DNA of 63,930 nt, counting the filler, from Octopus bimaculoides (lineage: Eukaryota), in NCBI RefSeq assembly GCF_001194135.2. It is 4 parts of 4 records of this genome, joined end to end, with 100 filler letters (N's around TTAATTAATTAA, not from the genome) between each part and the next. Parts side by side here need not be neighbours in the genome. Positions count along the whole stretch, not along the records: positions 45,701 to 62,819 come from NC_068991.1; positions 62,920 to 63,930 come from NW_026334333.1; 2 more parts are not named here. One strand, written 5' to 3'. Shown piece after piece: positions 50,426 through 63,930 of this stretch. The position numbers and the translations under genes are program-made. How positions within the stretch are numbered: position 1 is the first letter of the stretch; the number at the start of each line of letters is the position of its first letter. Under the pieces are notes generated by a model. It ran no database searches. It was not told where the DNA came from and worked only from the letters and a program-made list of their open reading frames with translations.

Positions 50426-51544
50426 ACAACAGGATTACGACGCTTATGGTAATGATCAGTGATCTTAAACTCAGCAAGATCACAACCATATCATGTAGTC
50501 GTATAGTTGTGCCCTATATTGGATGTTAGGAGAAAAGATTTATGGCTAGTCGCTCATGACAGAAAGTCAAGTTGCTACATATACAGCATCAAAGGAAACT
50601 TAAGGATTCTACGCACTGAATAGTTGTAAAACTGAAAAGGAAAAGATAAGCAGCCTCAACTGTAATAGAGGTATTCGTAAGACAACACCAGTCGTAGCTG
50701 GTGGGACCTTACTAAAAGATAAAAAGAAAGAAAGAAAAAACGAAAAGAGAAAAAGAAAGAAAGAACGGAAAAGAATAACAGTTGTCAATCATTAGAATAC
50801 GACTCACTCCGTTCAAAATTACTGGCTTAGGGTCTAAATTAGGATCCGCACTTTGTCTAGTGTCCAATCGTTGTTGACTTGTGGAGTTACGTCGAATACT
50901 TTATGTCACGTATAGTACAGATCTGGCTATCAACTGAGTCCATTGACAAAGAAAGACAATCTTTATTAGTGTGGCGGTGCTGGCGAAAGAAGTTGTGTGG
51001 CGGACCAGATTCTTATTTGGCCAAACCATCATCAACTTTTTCGCGTTTCACTTCAAAAAGGAAAGTGAGTGTAAAGAGGGAAGTTCTGCCTTCCAGAAGA
51101 TGTACTGAAAGGTGACTGAGACTGACGAGCACCGTCTGAGGGAACAGGTCTGCAGTGAGCTTGTGCCTGCAAATTGGAAGACAGCTAGAATAGAGCACAT
51201 TCCATAGTAGTTAGAGTGTCTACATTTTCGTGGTGTATTCGTAAGAAGCCCTCAGAGATCCCCACCTTAGGGAAATACTTCCTTCTGTGAATATTTTTTG
51301 CTTTGTTTTGTTCTTTACTCTTTTTAAGCATTATCCTTGTAATCCTGCATTGTATGGCTCTGTATCGTCCACATTATTTTCTTGTAAATCTTTAGTAGTT
51401 AATAAAGAGAAAAAACTTCTTCTTCTTCGTCTTCTTCTTCTTCTTCTTCTTCTTCTTCTTCTTCTTCTTCTTCTTCTCCTTCTTCTTCTTCTTCTTCTTC
51501 TTCTTCTTCTNNNNNNNNNNCTTCTTCTTCTTCTTCTTCTTCCC

Positions 51545-51610
<66 letters not shown>

Positions 51611-52256
51611 TCATGATCACTGCAACAAAGTAAACAGAAATCAGACAACACCATTCCAGGTAAAAATATGTCCGAAAATATAGGATAAAGCAATCATGAC
51701 CGCATTTTGGATAATGGTTCTGCCTTATACAGACCGACCCGGGGCTAAACAGCAGTAGCAACATTAACGGCGCCAAACAGTGCACTAACTAACGAAAGAA
51801 AGAAAGAACGGAAAAGAATAACAGTTGTCAATGGAATACTAACTTTATCATTCCTAGATATGAAGGAATTATTAATAAATTTGATTTCCGTTTGTTTTTC
51901 TATTATTCATTTATTTATTTATTGATCCTCGTCTGGCTTTACACAGAATAAGCTTAAAGGAAGTCTTCTATTTTCAGTAAACAAGCTCCAAGGCATTAAT
52001 TTGCTATATATGTATGCATGACTTACACACACACATGCTTACTCACATACATACATGCATATACCATACATTATACATACATGCATATACCATACATTAT
52101 ACGTAAAACATATACACACACACATATTGGTGAGATATAATTGTAATGATATATTTGGGCGAGAAAATAATTTATATGTGTGTAATACACGAATAACAAC
52201 ATAAGCTGCTCATCTTCAAACAAAATATAAACACACACACGTACATATATACATAC

Positions 52257-52289
<33 letters not shown>

Positions 52290-52663
52290 CATACACATAC
52301 GCAACATGCATACACACACACATATATGTAATATATTAAATATATATATATATGCATACATGTATATATACATATGCATATATATATATATATATATATA
52401 TACTTATATATACATGCATATATGATATGTATATACACACACACACTGGCATACGTGCATGCATGCATATATATATATGTACGCATGTATGCATATATGT
52501 CTGTATGTAAGTAAAATGTGTGTATGTTTGTATATATGTAAGTATGTATGTATGTATGTATATAATTCATTCAAGATAATGATTTGAAGGTAACAACTTG
52601 TGTAAAATAGCAGCGAAGTGACATATTCCTAACTTTCTTTTGTTTCAAGCAGCTGGAGAGAGG

Positions 52664-52708
<45 letters not shown>

Positions 52709-53760
52709 TGCGTAAATTTCTGGCAAATGCAGGCACACATGTATATGTGTTGATAATAAATTCGATCCTACTGCGCAGAACCTGAGGCACGATCTTTCTT
52801 CTATCATACTTTCCCACAAGCCCTTGCTTTATGCATAAAAGGCAGTGCAGAGGTAGTGCAGAAATTTTCTATTAATGAGTGGCCGACTTAAAATCGTAGT
52901 GCTGTTTAACACCATCACCTTATCTTTTCAATGATTACGCCCAAACCACTTTGATGTAAGCATTTGGACAGGGTCTCGGTCTGAAGACAATTGTTCCATT
53001 CTTTTCCAATTTGCAGAACTACATGCATTGCTATTCCTCCTCTGAGTGAATCATTAAAAAGTAAGATGAAGATAGGGATTGCGGTTTCAGTCCCCTGTGA
53101 AAGCAATTTATTTATATCGTTTCGCTTGCATTAGTAACGCCATCTGAAAACCTGTTGTTATTTGAAGTCCCATTTCCCGCCCTAAAATAAGCATTTCAAA
53201 CAAACGAAGTATTTTCTGCCCGTCCCTCAATCTGCTAGTAATAGAAGCTAAATTTCTTTCAAATCACAACCCTTCCACTATCGTTCTAGAAAAGGTGTAT
53301 GCATTCAATAATGTGGTCCTTAGAGAAAAAAAATATATAAAGACGGTTTACTCGCGATTGGTATACTTTTGATTATAGGTCAGCTCGAACATTACTGACC
53401 TTGAGACAAAAGACGATATGGAATTTTTGCTCATGAGGAAAAAAAAGAACCAGATATCTGATTTTTATTACCCATGCGGGCTAACATAGAGGGGACCAGA
53501 TATCATTGCATTTTACAGTTAGGTTTATTGTTATTGTTATTTAGCACCAGAGATACTTTGATTAAACAGATCTAAGATCACAGGCTTTCAATTTGTGATA
53601 ATTCCGTCAGGTTTTCAGAAATGGTATTTCAAGAAATTTATTCAATGTCACCTTCACTTTTTTAAGACAATTCGCGAATGGGCTGAGGGAAAATTAGTTG
53701 TTATTTTTAGCAAATCGAATGACCACAAACAGGTTCCTTCATTAGCTCGTGTTTTCAGTT

Positions 53761-53791
<31 letters not shown>

Positions 53792-54217
53792 NNNNNNNNN
53801 NAAAAAAAAAAAAAAAAAGAAAAAAATTAAAAAATAGACATGAACTGCTTTTTAGTGAACTGCTATACAGAAATGCTTTTCTGTTTTCTCATTCCTGAGT
53901 CTGAGTTCAAATCTTGCAAATGTAATTTTGTAATACTTTTAAGATCCTAAAAATAAGTGTTAGACATACACTGAAGGTGATTAAAACTTCTTTACTAACA
54001 AAATCAATATTTGCAAAATCTAATATAATGATTAGTCGTTGCAGAGGTGAGTTTACTTACAATTCATTGACGTTGTCTAACTGGCTGATAATACGTGCAA
54101 TTTGCAAGTTTTAGTGGTGCATTGTAATTATTTAAGTAAGCTCTATTAAATTTCATATAGTCACACAAATTGACCCCAGAACTTTTTTTTAAACCTGGTA
54201 CTTATTCTATCCGGTGC

Positions 54218-54665
54218 AGACGTGGCTGTATGGTAAGAAACTTGCTTCTCAACCACAGGGTTCCGGGTTCGTTTCCACTACATGGTACCTTGGGCAAGTG
54301 TTTTCTTCTATAGCCTTGGGCCGAACAAAGTCTTGTGAGTGGATTTGGTAGACGGAAACTGAAAGAAACTTGTCGCATATACACAGGCATACGCACGCGC
54401 ACGCACGCGCACGCACGCGCGTGCGCACAACATTTATATATACATATATATGTGTGTGTCGTCATGCCTGTGATTATCCCTCACCACCACTTGGTAACCG
54501 GTGCTGCTGTGTTTACGTCCCCGTAACTTAAAGGTTCGGCAAAAGAGACCAATAGAATAAATACCAGGCTTAAAAAATAAGTACTGGGGTCGATTTATTC
54601 GATTAAAGATTTTCCAAGGCAGTGCCCCAGCGTGGCCGTAGTTTAATGACTGAAACAAATAAAAG
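54218..54665 (+). mobile_element. Full-length tRNA-headed SINE with internal microsatellite
   Basis: Head gtggctgtatggtaagaa... through tail ...atgactgaaacaaataaaagg. Confidence 0.8.
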
Positions 54666-54694
54666 GAAGATAAAAGATATTTTATAAAACGGTG

Positions 54695-55200
54695 TACGAG
54701 GATTCTACCGAAAGTATTTCAAAAGCGGGCATAACTTTTAGTTTGAACTGATGTGGTCCATTCAAATTGCAATTGCACATGCTGGTAGAGCAATTTTTCC
54801 TCAGCACAAAGGTACACAACTCAACATAGTCTCCATCGTAAACAATGCATTTGCACCAAGCACTCAGATTATCTTTGAAAAAAAAAAAAAAAAGTTGTTC
54901 GCCGTTGTATCCACTTCTCCATAGCTAGTTTCATCTCATGTGCATTATAAAATCATTGTCCCTGGAGATTGTCTTCTATTGGACTGAGCTAGTAGAATTC
55001 GGAGGGCGCTAGATCTAGGCTGTACTGTGGATGGGAGAGCCATTGACCAGCATAATTTGCCGATTGCGTGATATGTTCTCAAAGACGTGTCCAGTCGTGA
55101 GTTGTTAAGGTGAATGTGACTCGGTTTATGACTCCTGTTTTGTCTCATCCTCCTAAGGACTTCCCAAAGTCCCTGAAGGTCTAAATGTATCATCTACTGC
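54695..55200 (-). mobile_element. Degenerate mariner transposon, 3' part
   Basis: IHLNNSRLDTS (cf. HDNARPH) and HPQYSLDLAPSEFY (cf. HPPYSPDLAPSDF); TIR-like tacgagga...aaagt near 54695; stops present. Confidence 0.75.
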
Positions 55201-55640
55201 ATAGAGTACAGCGACATTCCAGAAAATCAAGGAATATTACACGCTTGTCATCACCACAGAACAGTTATCATAACTTTTCTTATTCGTTTTATTTACATGT
55301 TTTTATGTAACTCACGCTGCGTCATCCATGATCTTTTTGTCAACACAGTACCATTAATAACGGAAGCCTTCTTCTTCTTCTTCTTCTTCTTCTTCTTCTT
55401 CTTCTTCTTCTTCTTCTTCTTCTTCTTCTTCTTCTTCTTCTTCACTGTATTCCCAGTATTTACCACCNNNNNNNNNNNNNNNNNNNNNNNNNNNNNNNNN
55501 NNNNNNNNNNNNNNNNNNNNNNNNNNNNNNNNNNNNNNNNNNNNNNNNNNNNNNNNNNNNNNNNNNNNNNNNNNNNNNNNNNNNNNNNNNNNNNNNNNNN
55601 NNNNNNNNNNNNNNNNNNNNNNNNNNNNNNNNNNNNNNNN

Positions 55641-55712
<72 letters not shown>

Positions 55713-56599
55713 GTTCATCTTCTTACCTACCAGTAGGAGGTTTCTGTTAACGGAATCACCAATAAATGACTTGTAGCTTAATTCTTTAGTTGCTCTTCCT
55801 CTCATAGTCATGTATAGAGCATTAATTCATTTTCTTTGTCTAAATCTTTCAAATCCAATTAGAATATAACACTGACTATGATACAAATTACTTTATCAAT
55901 TTCTGAGGATTACAAAGTGAATCCCGGCAGGATTTGACTACAAAATACAAACAAGTGTAATATGTCTTAATGATGTAAGCGTTAATATACTTGATATGGT
56001 GGTTACAGTAATTTGTATTTATGAAGTCTATAGCTGTACTGAGGTGAGACAAAAATCGTTGGTAAAATAACTACCAGCAGTGTACAGGAGTCGATCTTGT
56101 CCTGTGTACTCTCCAAGGAAAGTAGGGACTTGTGCCCCCTGTATAATGGTGAAATAATTTTTTAATGCAGAACTTGAAAACTGTGTTAAGAATTCTATAA
56201 CGAAAGTAAAGGGTAAAGAGCCCCTTCGGTCATGAATGACCATGGGATTGCACACATAAAGTTCTCCTCTGAGGTACAAGTCCAAGCAAGGTTGTTTATA
56301 GAAGACCAACAGTCACCCATGCATACCAGCCCCCCTTCTCCACGACACCGATGTTATCCAAGGGAAAGGCAAAGGCTGATACAGCTTGGTACTAGTGACG
56401 TCGCAGCTCATTTCTAGAACTGAGTGAACTGTAGCAACGTGAAATAAAGTGTCTTGTTCAAGAACACAGCACACATTCTGGTCCGAGAATCGAACTCACT
56501 ACCTCATTGTAATGAGCCTAACGCTCTAATTACTGAACCATGTGTCTTCGCATAACGAAAATATTGCAAATAAAATAAGAATGGAAAGAGCTGATAAAT

Positions 56600-58670
56600 A
56601 TTGCTGAAACACTGAGTTCAACCTCATTTAAAGGTAAATACTTAGAAAAATACGTGTGCAATATACATCGTAGCAATATATCCATTTAACCATAAAAGCC
56701 CATAAGAACAACATCGGCACAATGAATATTGTCTTTCAGTAAGCGTTGTTTTGAGCTCTTGAAGACGAAGGTCCCGACTTGTTCTATCAGACATTATTGT
56801 GCAAATCCTTTTTGCCAAATTGAAAGGGATATTTATTTTGATGTGCTTCGGGTGGCATGAACTAAAGAGGAGATATTGTTTTGAGACAGTTGGTTTACAA
56901 TAGATGTCAGTTATGATTTAATTGTTGACATTTTTTTTATCATGATGTCTAAAAATGGGAGCTGTTATTTGTTATATTCCATTGTGAATTGAATGTTACT
57001 ATTTATATCATTTAGTGTTGATTTCAAATCCAAAAGTTTGTCGATGTTCTCCTTCCAAATGATAAAACAGTCATCCAGGTATCTTTTCCAATTTTCTCTT
57101 ATGTAAAGGTAAAATGAGTAACCATATTTCTGAAGTGATGCTTCATGTAAGGTGATTTTAAAATAACCCATTATTAGGTTCGCAAGAACAGGGGCTGCTT
57201 TCGTTCTCATCGCAATTCTGCATTCCTGACGATAGTATGTGTCATCAAATAGAAAATAATTGTTCTGAAGTATAAATTTTAAAGATTCAATAATAAAGAT
57301 CTGATTTATGCGGTCCGGGAGTACTTCGAGGTACTTTTCCAACTAGAATTTAATTGCTTTTATTTCNNNNNNNNNNNNNNNNNNNNNNNNNNNNNNNNNN
57401 NNNNNNNNNNNNNNNNNNNNNNNNNNNNNNNNNNNNNNNNNNNNNNNNNNNNNNNNNNNNNNNNNNNNNNNNNNNNNNNNNNNNNNNNNNNNNNNNNNNN
57501 NNNNNNNNNNNNNNNNNNNNNNNNNNNNNNNNNNNNNNNNNNNNNNNNNNNNNNNNNNNNNNNNNNNNNNNNNNNNNNNNNNNNNNNNNNNNNNNNNNNN
57601 NNNNNNNNNNNNNNNNNNNNNNNNNNNNNNNNNNNNNNNNNNNNNNNNNNNNNNNNNNNNNNNNNNNNNNNNNNNNNNNNNNNNNNNNNNNNNNNNNNNN
57701 NNNNNNNNNNNNNNNNNNNNNNNNNNNNNNNNNNNNNNNNNNNNNNNNNNNNNNNNNNNNNNNNNNNNNNNNNNNNNNNNNNNNNNNNNNNNNNNNNNNN
57801 NNNNNNNNNNNNNNNNNNNNNNNNNNNNNNNNNNNNNNNNNNNNNNNNNNNNNNNNNNNNNNNNNNNNNNNNNNNNNNNNNNNNNAAGGCTTTGTCGTTT
57901 TGTAGTTCAATTAGATTTTTCCATTCTAGATTGTTGAGGTTCGGATTAATTTTTCGTTTATGGGATGTATAAGGGAAATTTTGGATATGGTCGCAGAAGT
58001 CATCCAGTGTTTTATTCCTATCCTTATATGGAAGGTAATTACTTCTGTTTTTAATTAGTGATTCATCTTCGTTGTTGTAGTCAGTTAGTGCTTCTGAGTC
58101 GTAGTTTTCTGCAGAATTCCGAAATATTGTCTTTAATTTCATTATGGTTAAACCATCGTGGGGCTGGAGTAAACTTTAAACCTTTGGCTAGTATATTGAT
58201 TTTTGTTTGATAAGTTAATTACTTTCGGTTTCTCCTGTAAGTTTTGTTCCAACGTGTGTCCCTGTTTCTCTCCACTTGGTTTTAAAAATGTTTATTGTAA
58301 TTTGGTTGGTAGAAGTTATTATTGGGGTTATTATTGTTATTAATTAAATCAGTATTATTATTACTTTTTATATTCAGATTGCTGGGAGGTTGGTGTTGCT
58401 GCTTGGGTAAACTGGTTGGGAGCACGCGGTTATTCTTCGTTGGAATGAATTGTTGGGGTATTTAATTACGTTTGGAATGCTGGGGAGATGATTGTGCTGT
58501 CTGGGTAACTAGGATAAGGATCCGTAGGTTGAGTTTCTTCATTGAGGGGTAAAGGGGGTTTCTTGGATGTTTCTAGTTGCTGGGGACAAAAAAATTACTC
58601 CTAACTCTAGGTTGGTTTCTTCTAGTGTTTCTAATTGATGAGTAGTCTCTGTAATTACATAGAGAATGGT
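56600..58670 (-). mobile_element. Penelope-like retroelement (N-terminal region and RT), degenerate
   Basis: VINLSN...LAKGLKFTPAP; NLNNLEWKNLIELQNDK; FILQNNYFLFDDTYYRQ..AM.TKAAPVLANLIMG; WKRYLDDCFIIW; NINSNIQFT; TDIYCKPT..KQYLLFSSCHPKHIKINIPFNLAKRICTI; frameshifts and a gap. Confidence 0.9.
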
Positions 58671-58674
58671 TTAC

Positions 58675-58748
<74 letters not shown>

Positions 58749-58756
58749 CACCTCCG

Positions 58757-59308
58757 CAAAGGATGACGCTTTTGACCTATGCGACATTACAAATACCACC
58801 TGAAACACGGGATTAAAAGTATCAACATCGACACTACATTCTAATGTCACACACAGCAGCCAGAAGAGAATATTGTCACACCATTCAGATCGGGGTAAAA
58901 CATTCGAAAAACATTGTCGAAGAAATGAAAACGACAAATGACTACGATGAAAGACGTGCCATCTCCACTCAAGGACCCTAACGATCCACTGATGTGAACT
59001 CAACTAGTCGGTCTTACCAGCCATCAAAGATACTGACATAAATAAATGAAGAAGCGCAAAGAAAGAACGAAACGTGGAGTCGACGGTGATTATATATATA
59101 TAATACATACAAGGGGGTGCTGAAAAGTTCTTGGCTTTGGGTAAGAGAAAATGCAGTACGATCAGTTAATTATGATTTAATTAAACATATTCCCCTCTCA
59201 GATTTACACACTTATTGCAGCGATTCTTCAGTTTTCCTAGGCCCTGTAAAAGAACTCGGAAAGTTGGGTCTCCCACCAGGCCTTTCGTGATCACATCCAG
59301 TACACCTC

Positions 59309-59342
<34 letters not shown>

Positions 59343-59681
59343 AGAGAGAGAAATAGAGAGAGGGAGAGAGAGAAAGAGAAATGGAAAAGAGATAGAGAAA
59401 GAGAAAAGAGAGAGAAGAAGAGAGATGAGAGGAAAAATAAAGAAAGCGAAAGAGAATGTCATGCAATTCTATCCAATCACCTTGGTTAAGTTCGTGAAAT
59501 TATAACTTCGACAACATATAATCACTGAATTATTCCTCGGTGTCGTAGTGACATAAACTATTCAATGGGAATATATGGACAGATTGAAACCATATCAAAT
59601 AGACATGGTTTATGGTACCCTACAGTGACAAATAGACTGTAGTAGGTAGTGTCAAAAAAAACCAAAAACAAATTGGGGAAG

Positions 59682-59745
<64 letters not shown>

Positions 59746-59773
59746 CCTATCTATCTATCTATGTATAAAGCTT

Positions 59774-59807
<34 letters not shown>

Positions 59808-60173
59808 AAGGATGACGCTTCTGGCCTTTGCGACATTACAAATACCACCTGAAACTCACGATTAAAAGTATCAACATCGACACTACATTCTAATGTTACA
59901 CACAGCAGCCAGAAGAGAATATTGTCACGCCATAAAGATCGGGGTAAAATTTTTCGAAATACATTGTCGAAGAAATGAAGACGATAAATGACTACGATGA
60001 AAGACATACCATCTCCACTCAGGGACCCTAACGATCCACTGACGTGAACTCAATGAACATTGGCGCGTGCAAAAGACGGTCTTGCCAGCGATTAAAGATA
60101 CTGACATAAATAAATGAAGAAGCGCAAAAAAGAAATAAATAAGGAGTTGACGGTGATTATATATATGTTTGTA

Positions 60174-60236
<63 letters not shown>

Positions 60237-60355
60237 ATATACATACAAACAAGGGGGTGCTGATTTTATTAAGCATATTCCCCTCTCAGATTTAAGCACT
60301 TATTGCAGCGACTCTTCAGTTTTCCTAGACCCTGTAAAAGAACTCGGCGCACCTC

Positions 60356-60413
<58 letters not shown>

Positions 60414-60745
60414 AGAGAGAGAGAGAGAGACAGAGAGAGAGAGAAAGAGAGAGAAAGGGGGAGAAAGAGAAAAAGAAAAGAGAGAGAAAAGGGATGAGAG
60501 GAAAAAGAAAGAAAGCGAAAGAGAATGTCATGCAATTCTATCCAATCACCTTGGTTAAGTTCGTGAAATTATAACTTCGACAACATATAATCACTGAATT
60601 ATTCCTCAGTGTCGTGGTGACATAAAATATTCAATGGGAATATATGGACAGACTGAAACCAGATCAAATAGACATGGTTTATGGTATCCTACAGTGACAA
60701 ATAGACTGTAGTAGGTAGTGCCAAAAAACAAATCGGGGAAGTCTG

Positions 60746-60800
<55 letters not shown>
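58757..60800. repeat. Diverged tandem duplication, two units of about 1.04 kb (58757-59760 and 59806-60800)
   Basis: Both start aaggatgacgc and carry the same MITE remnant, (TA)n(GA)n, a unique 250-bp block and (TCTA)n. Confidence 0.9.
59108..59313. mobile_element. Mariner-derived MITE remnant (deleted copy at 60248-60358)
   Basis: Mariner-like terminus tacaagggggtgctgaaaagtt and a partial inverted end ...tacacctcgtgta. Confidence 0.55.
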
Positions 60801-60822
<22 letters not shown>

Positions 60823-60921
60823 GCATCCATCTATTGAATCTTTGGCCATATACAAATGCATAAAACTTTCTTCATGCATTGTTAAAATATTACACACACT
60901 TTTTTCTCGTTTGCAATTCTC

Positions 60922-60980
<59 letters not shown>

Positions 60981-60984
60981 TCTT

Positions 60985-61355
60985 TTATTCTTTTGCTTGT
61001 TTCAGTCATTTGACTGTGGCCATTCTGGAGAACCGCCTTCAGTGTAACAAATCGACCCCAAGACTTATTCTAGTACTTATTGTATAGGTATCTTTTGCCG
61101 AACCGCTAAGTTACGGGGACGTAAACACACCAGCATCGGTTGTCAAGAGATCGTGGGGTGGAACAAACACAAACACAAACGCTCAAACATATACATGTAT
61201 CCGGCGAGCTTCTTTCAGATCCCGTCTACCAAATCCACTCACAAGGCTTTGGTCAGCCCGTGGCTATAGTAGAAGATGTTTGCCTAAGGTGCCACGCATT
61301 GGGACTGAACCCAGAACCATGTGATTCAGAAGCAAGCTTCTTACCACACAGCCAT
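60985..61355 (-). mobile_element. tRNA-headed SINE, full length
   Basis: Reverse complement of the 54218-54665 family. Confidence 0.8.
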
Positions 61356-61412
61356 TAAATATATTTATATACATGTGTGTGTGTGTCTGTGTATGAGTAT
61401 ACAGAGATAGAT

Positions 61413-61522
<110 letters not shown>

Positions 61523-62039
61523 ATAGACAGAGAAAATGAAAGGGCAAAGGAATCGGTGAATTAGACTGAAAATGTGTGAGACGCAATGTCGCATGAATTT
61601 AAAAACGAGAAGGAGTAAAGGGCTGGAGCGTGTTTTCGTAAAAAACTAAAATGATGATGTCATATCCCTTCACTGCTCCCAACGCCAAACCTACTCCGTC
61701 TCCACCTCCACATAGGGAATTTTCACATGTGACAAAACCTTTTCGCATTTATTCAGTCAGAACGATATTCATTGGTACAGCACAAAAAAAAAGAAAAGAA
61801 AAGAAAAAGAGGAAAAGAAGTAAAATCTAAATTGTATTCTTCGACTAATTTTAGTGCAAGAATTTTCGATGAAATGTACTTGAGAAACGAGAGGTTATGC
61901 GACCCATAATGCAATTTGAGAAATTACTAAACCATAAACAAATCCTGTTAACTGGGAAAGCTGTATTTATGGTTAATAAATTATTGGGAGAGAAGTTAAC
62001 CTGGTAGAGTTAATACAAGGGTGTTTCCGTTCAAATGCT

Positions 62040-62064
62040 GTTATGCTACAATTATTAAAATCCC

Positions 62065-62121
<57 letters not shown>

Positions 62122-62122
62122 C

Positions 62123-62166
<44 letters not shown>

Positions 62167-62307
62167 TCTATCTCTCTCTCTCTCTCTCTATTTACCTATC
62201 AATCTATCAATCTAGCTTTGCATATATATATATATATTTGTGTGTATCTCGATTAACACACACATATATAATACATATATATGTATACAATATATACTTA
62301 TGAATAG

Positions 62308-62341
<34 letters not shown>

Positions 62342-62370
62342 GCGCGCATACATATATGTACGTACGTAAG

Positions 62371-62402
<32 letters not shown>

Positions 62403-63077
62403 TGTATGCATGCATCCATGTATATATGTATATACATATGTATGTATGTATATGTATGTATGTATGTATTCATGTATGTGTGCATATAAAATGTCATGCC
62501 AATTCTGCATGGAAATTACGATAATGGCGTACGTGTCTGTAGAACACAAAGCTTCAATTCCATAAACAATTAGTACGTTTCAACAACTGGAATACACGTA
62601 ATGGAAATGTACAGATGGTCACATGTATGTGAGTGTGTGTGTGTGTGTGCGTGCGTGTGTGTGTGTGTGTTTGTATGCTGTGTATATTCATGCATGCATA
62701 AATATATACATCTAGGTATGTATGTATGCATACATACGTATATTTATATGCAAATGTACACACACATATATATACATAGATATATATAAATATACGTATG
62801 TATGTATATATGTATGTATNNNNNNNNNNNNNNNNNNNNNNNNNNNNNNNNNNNNNNNNNNNNTTAATTAATTAANNNNNNNNNNNNNNNNNNNNNNNNN
62901 NNNNNNNNNNNNNNNNNNNCACCCATACACATGCACATACACATATACATACATATACACATACACACATATATATACATGTACACACACATATATATAC
63001 ATATACATACACATACATATATACCCGCACACATACACACATATATACATACACACACCATTTTATTAAACAATAAA

Positions 63078-63160
<83 letters not shown>

Positions 63161-63171
63161 CATACACACAC

Positions 63172-63208
<37 letters not shown>

Positions 63209-63651
63209 CATACACATACACATACACATATACATATATATACATATACATACATATACACTCACACACACACTCACATACATATATATATATACATATA
63301 TATACATACATATATATATACATATACATACACATACACATATACATACACATACACACATACATATGCACACACACACACACACATACATACATACAGA
63401 CATCCACACATACAAAAATATACAAACACATATATATATACATACATGCGTACATATATACATGTACACACATATATATACACATACATACACACATACA
63501 TAAATGCATATATATACATACACCAACATATATAAACATACATAAATACATACATATATACATACACATACATATATACCCGCTTACCCTTATACACATA
63601 TATATACACACACATACATATACACATATTCATACATATACATATATATAT

Positions 63652-63729
<78 letters not shown>

Positions 63730-63875
63730 TTATATACATATATACATACACATATATATCTAAACATGCACATACACATATTTTTATACACGTACATACA
63801 CATACACACAAACATGCCTACACTCATATACTCATATACATATACACATATACACATACACTCACATACACTCCA
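62040..63875. repeat. Compound (TCTA)n/(TATG)n/(TA)n/(CA)n microsatellite field
   Basis: Directly visible; source of all ORFs from 62021 onward. Confidence 0.95.
62820..62919. other. Artificial assembly spacer
   Basis: 44 N + TTAATTAATTAA + 44 N. Confidence 0.9.
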
Positions 63876-63930
63876 CTCATAAGGCTTTGGTCAGCGCGAG
63901 GCTATAGTAGAAGACACTTGCCCAAGATGC

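Noticed and set aside
50800-51250. CR1/L2 LINE call from VPANWKTARIEHIP
   Set aside because: A single short motif with no supporting RT motifs in frame; not enough to classify.

Overview
This is AT-rich, microsatellite- and transposon-dense eukaryotic DNA with many N gaps. The SINE/RTE repertoire looks like an octopus (cephalopod) draft assembly, which is inference from repeat recognition. Three identical 100-bp spacers (44 N + TTAATTAATTAA + 44 N, at 24154, 45601 and 62820) split the window into four independently assembled blocks, so adjacency across them is uncertain. Block 1 (1-24153) carries a multi-exon minus-strand shugoshin (SGO) gene. It has the N-terminal PP2A-binding coiled-coil exon at 21858-22066, a following in-phase exon, a tandemly duplicated symmetric phase-1 exon (5255-6022 and 2488-3396) and a 1.4-kb basic, Ser-rich exon (530-1929). 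A candidate plus-strand gene appears nested in its introns. Block 2 holds one clearly recognisable exon of mitochondrial PNPase (PNPT1, 45081-45152). The rest is decayed RTE LINEs, tRNA-headed SINEs, Tc1/maT/mariner remnants, hAT and piggyBac MITEs, a Penelope-like element and simple repeats. Almost all ORFs in the supplied track are artefacts of microsatellites or N runs. I found no prokaryotic-type system or CRISPR array. The best leads are the shugoshin exon duplication with signs of gene conversion, its candidate cohesin-binding FxF/TP motif, and the nested antisense gene.
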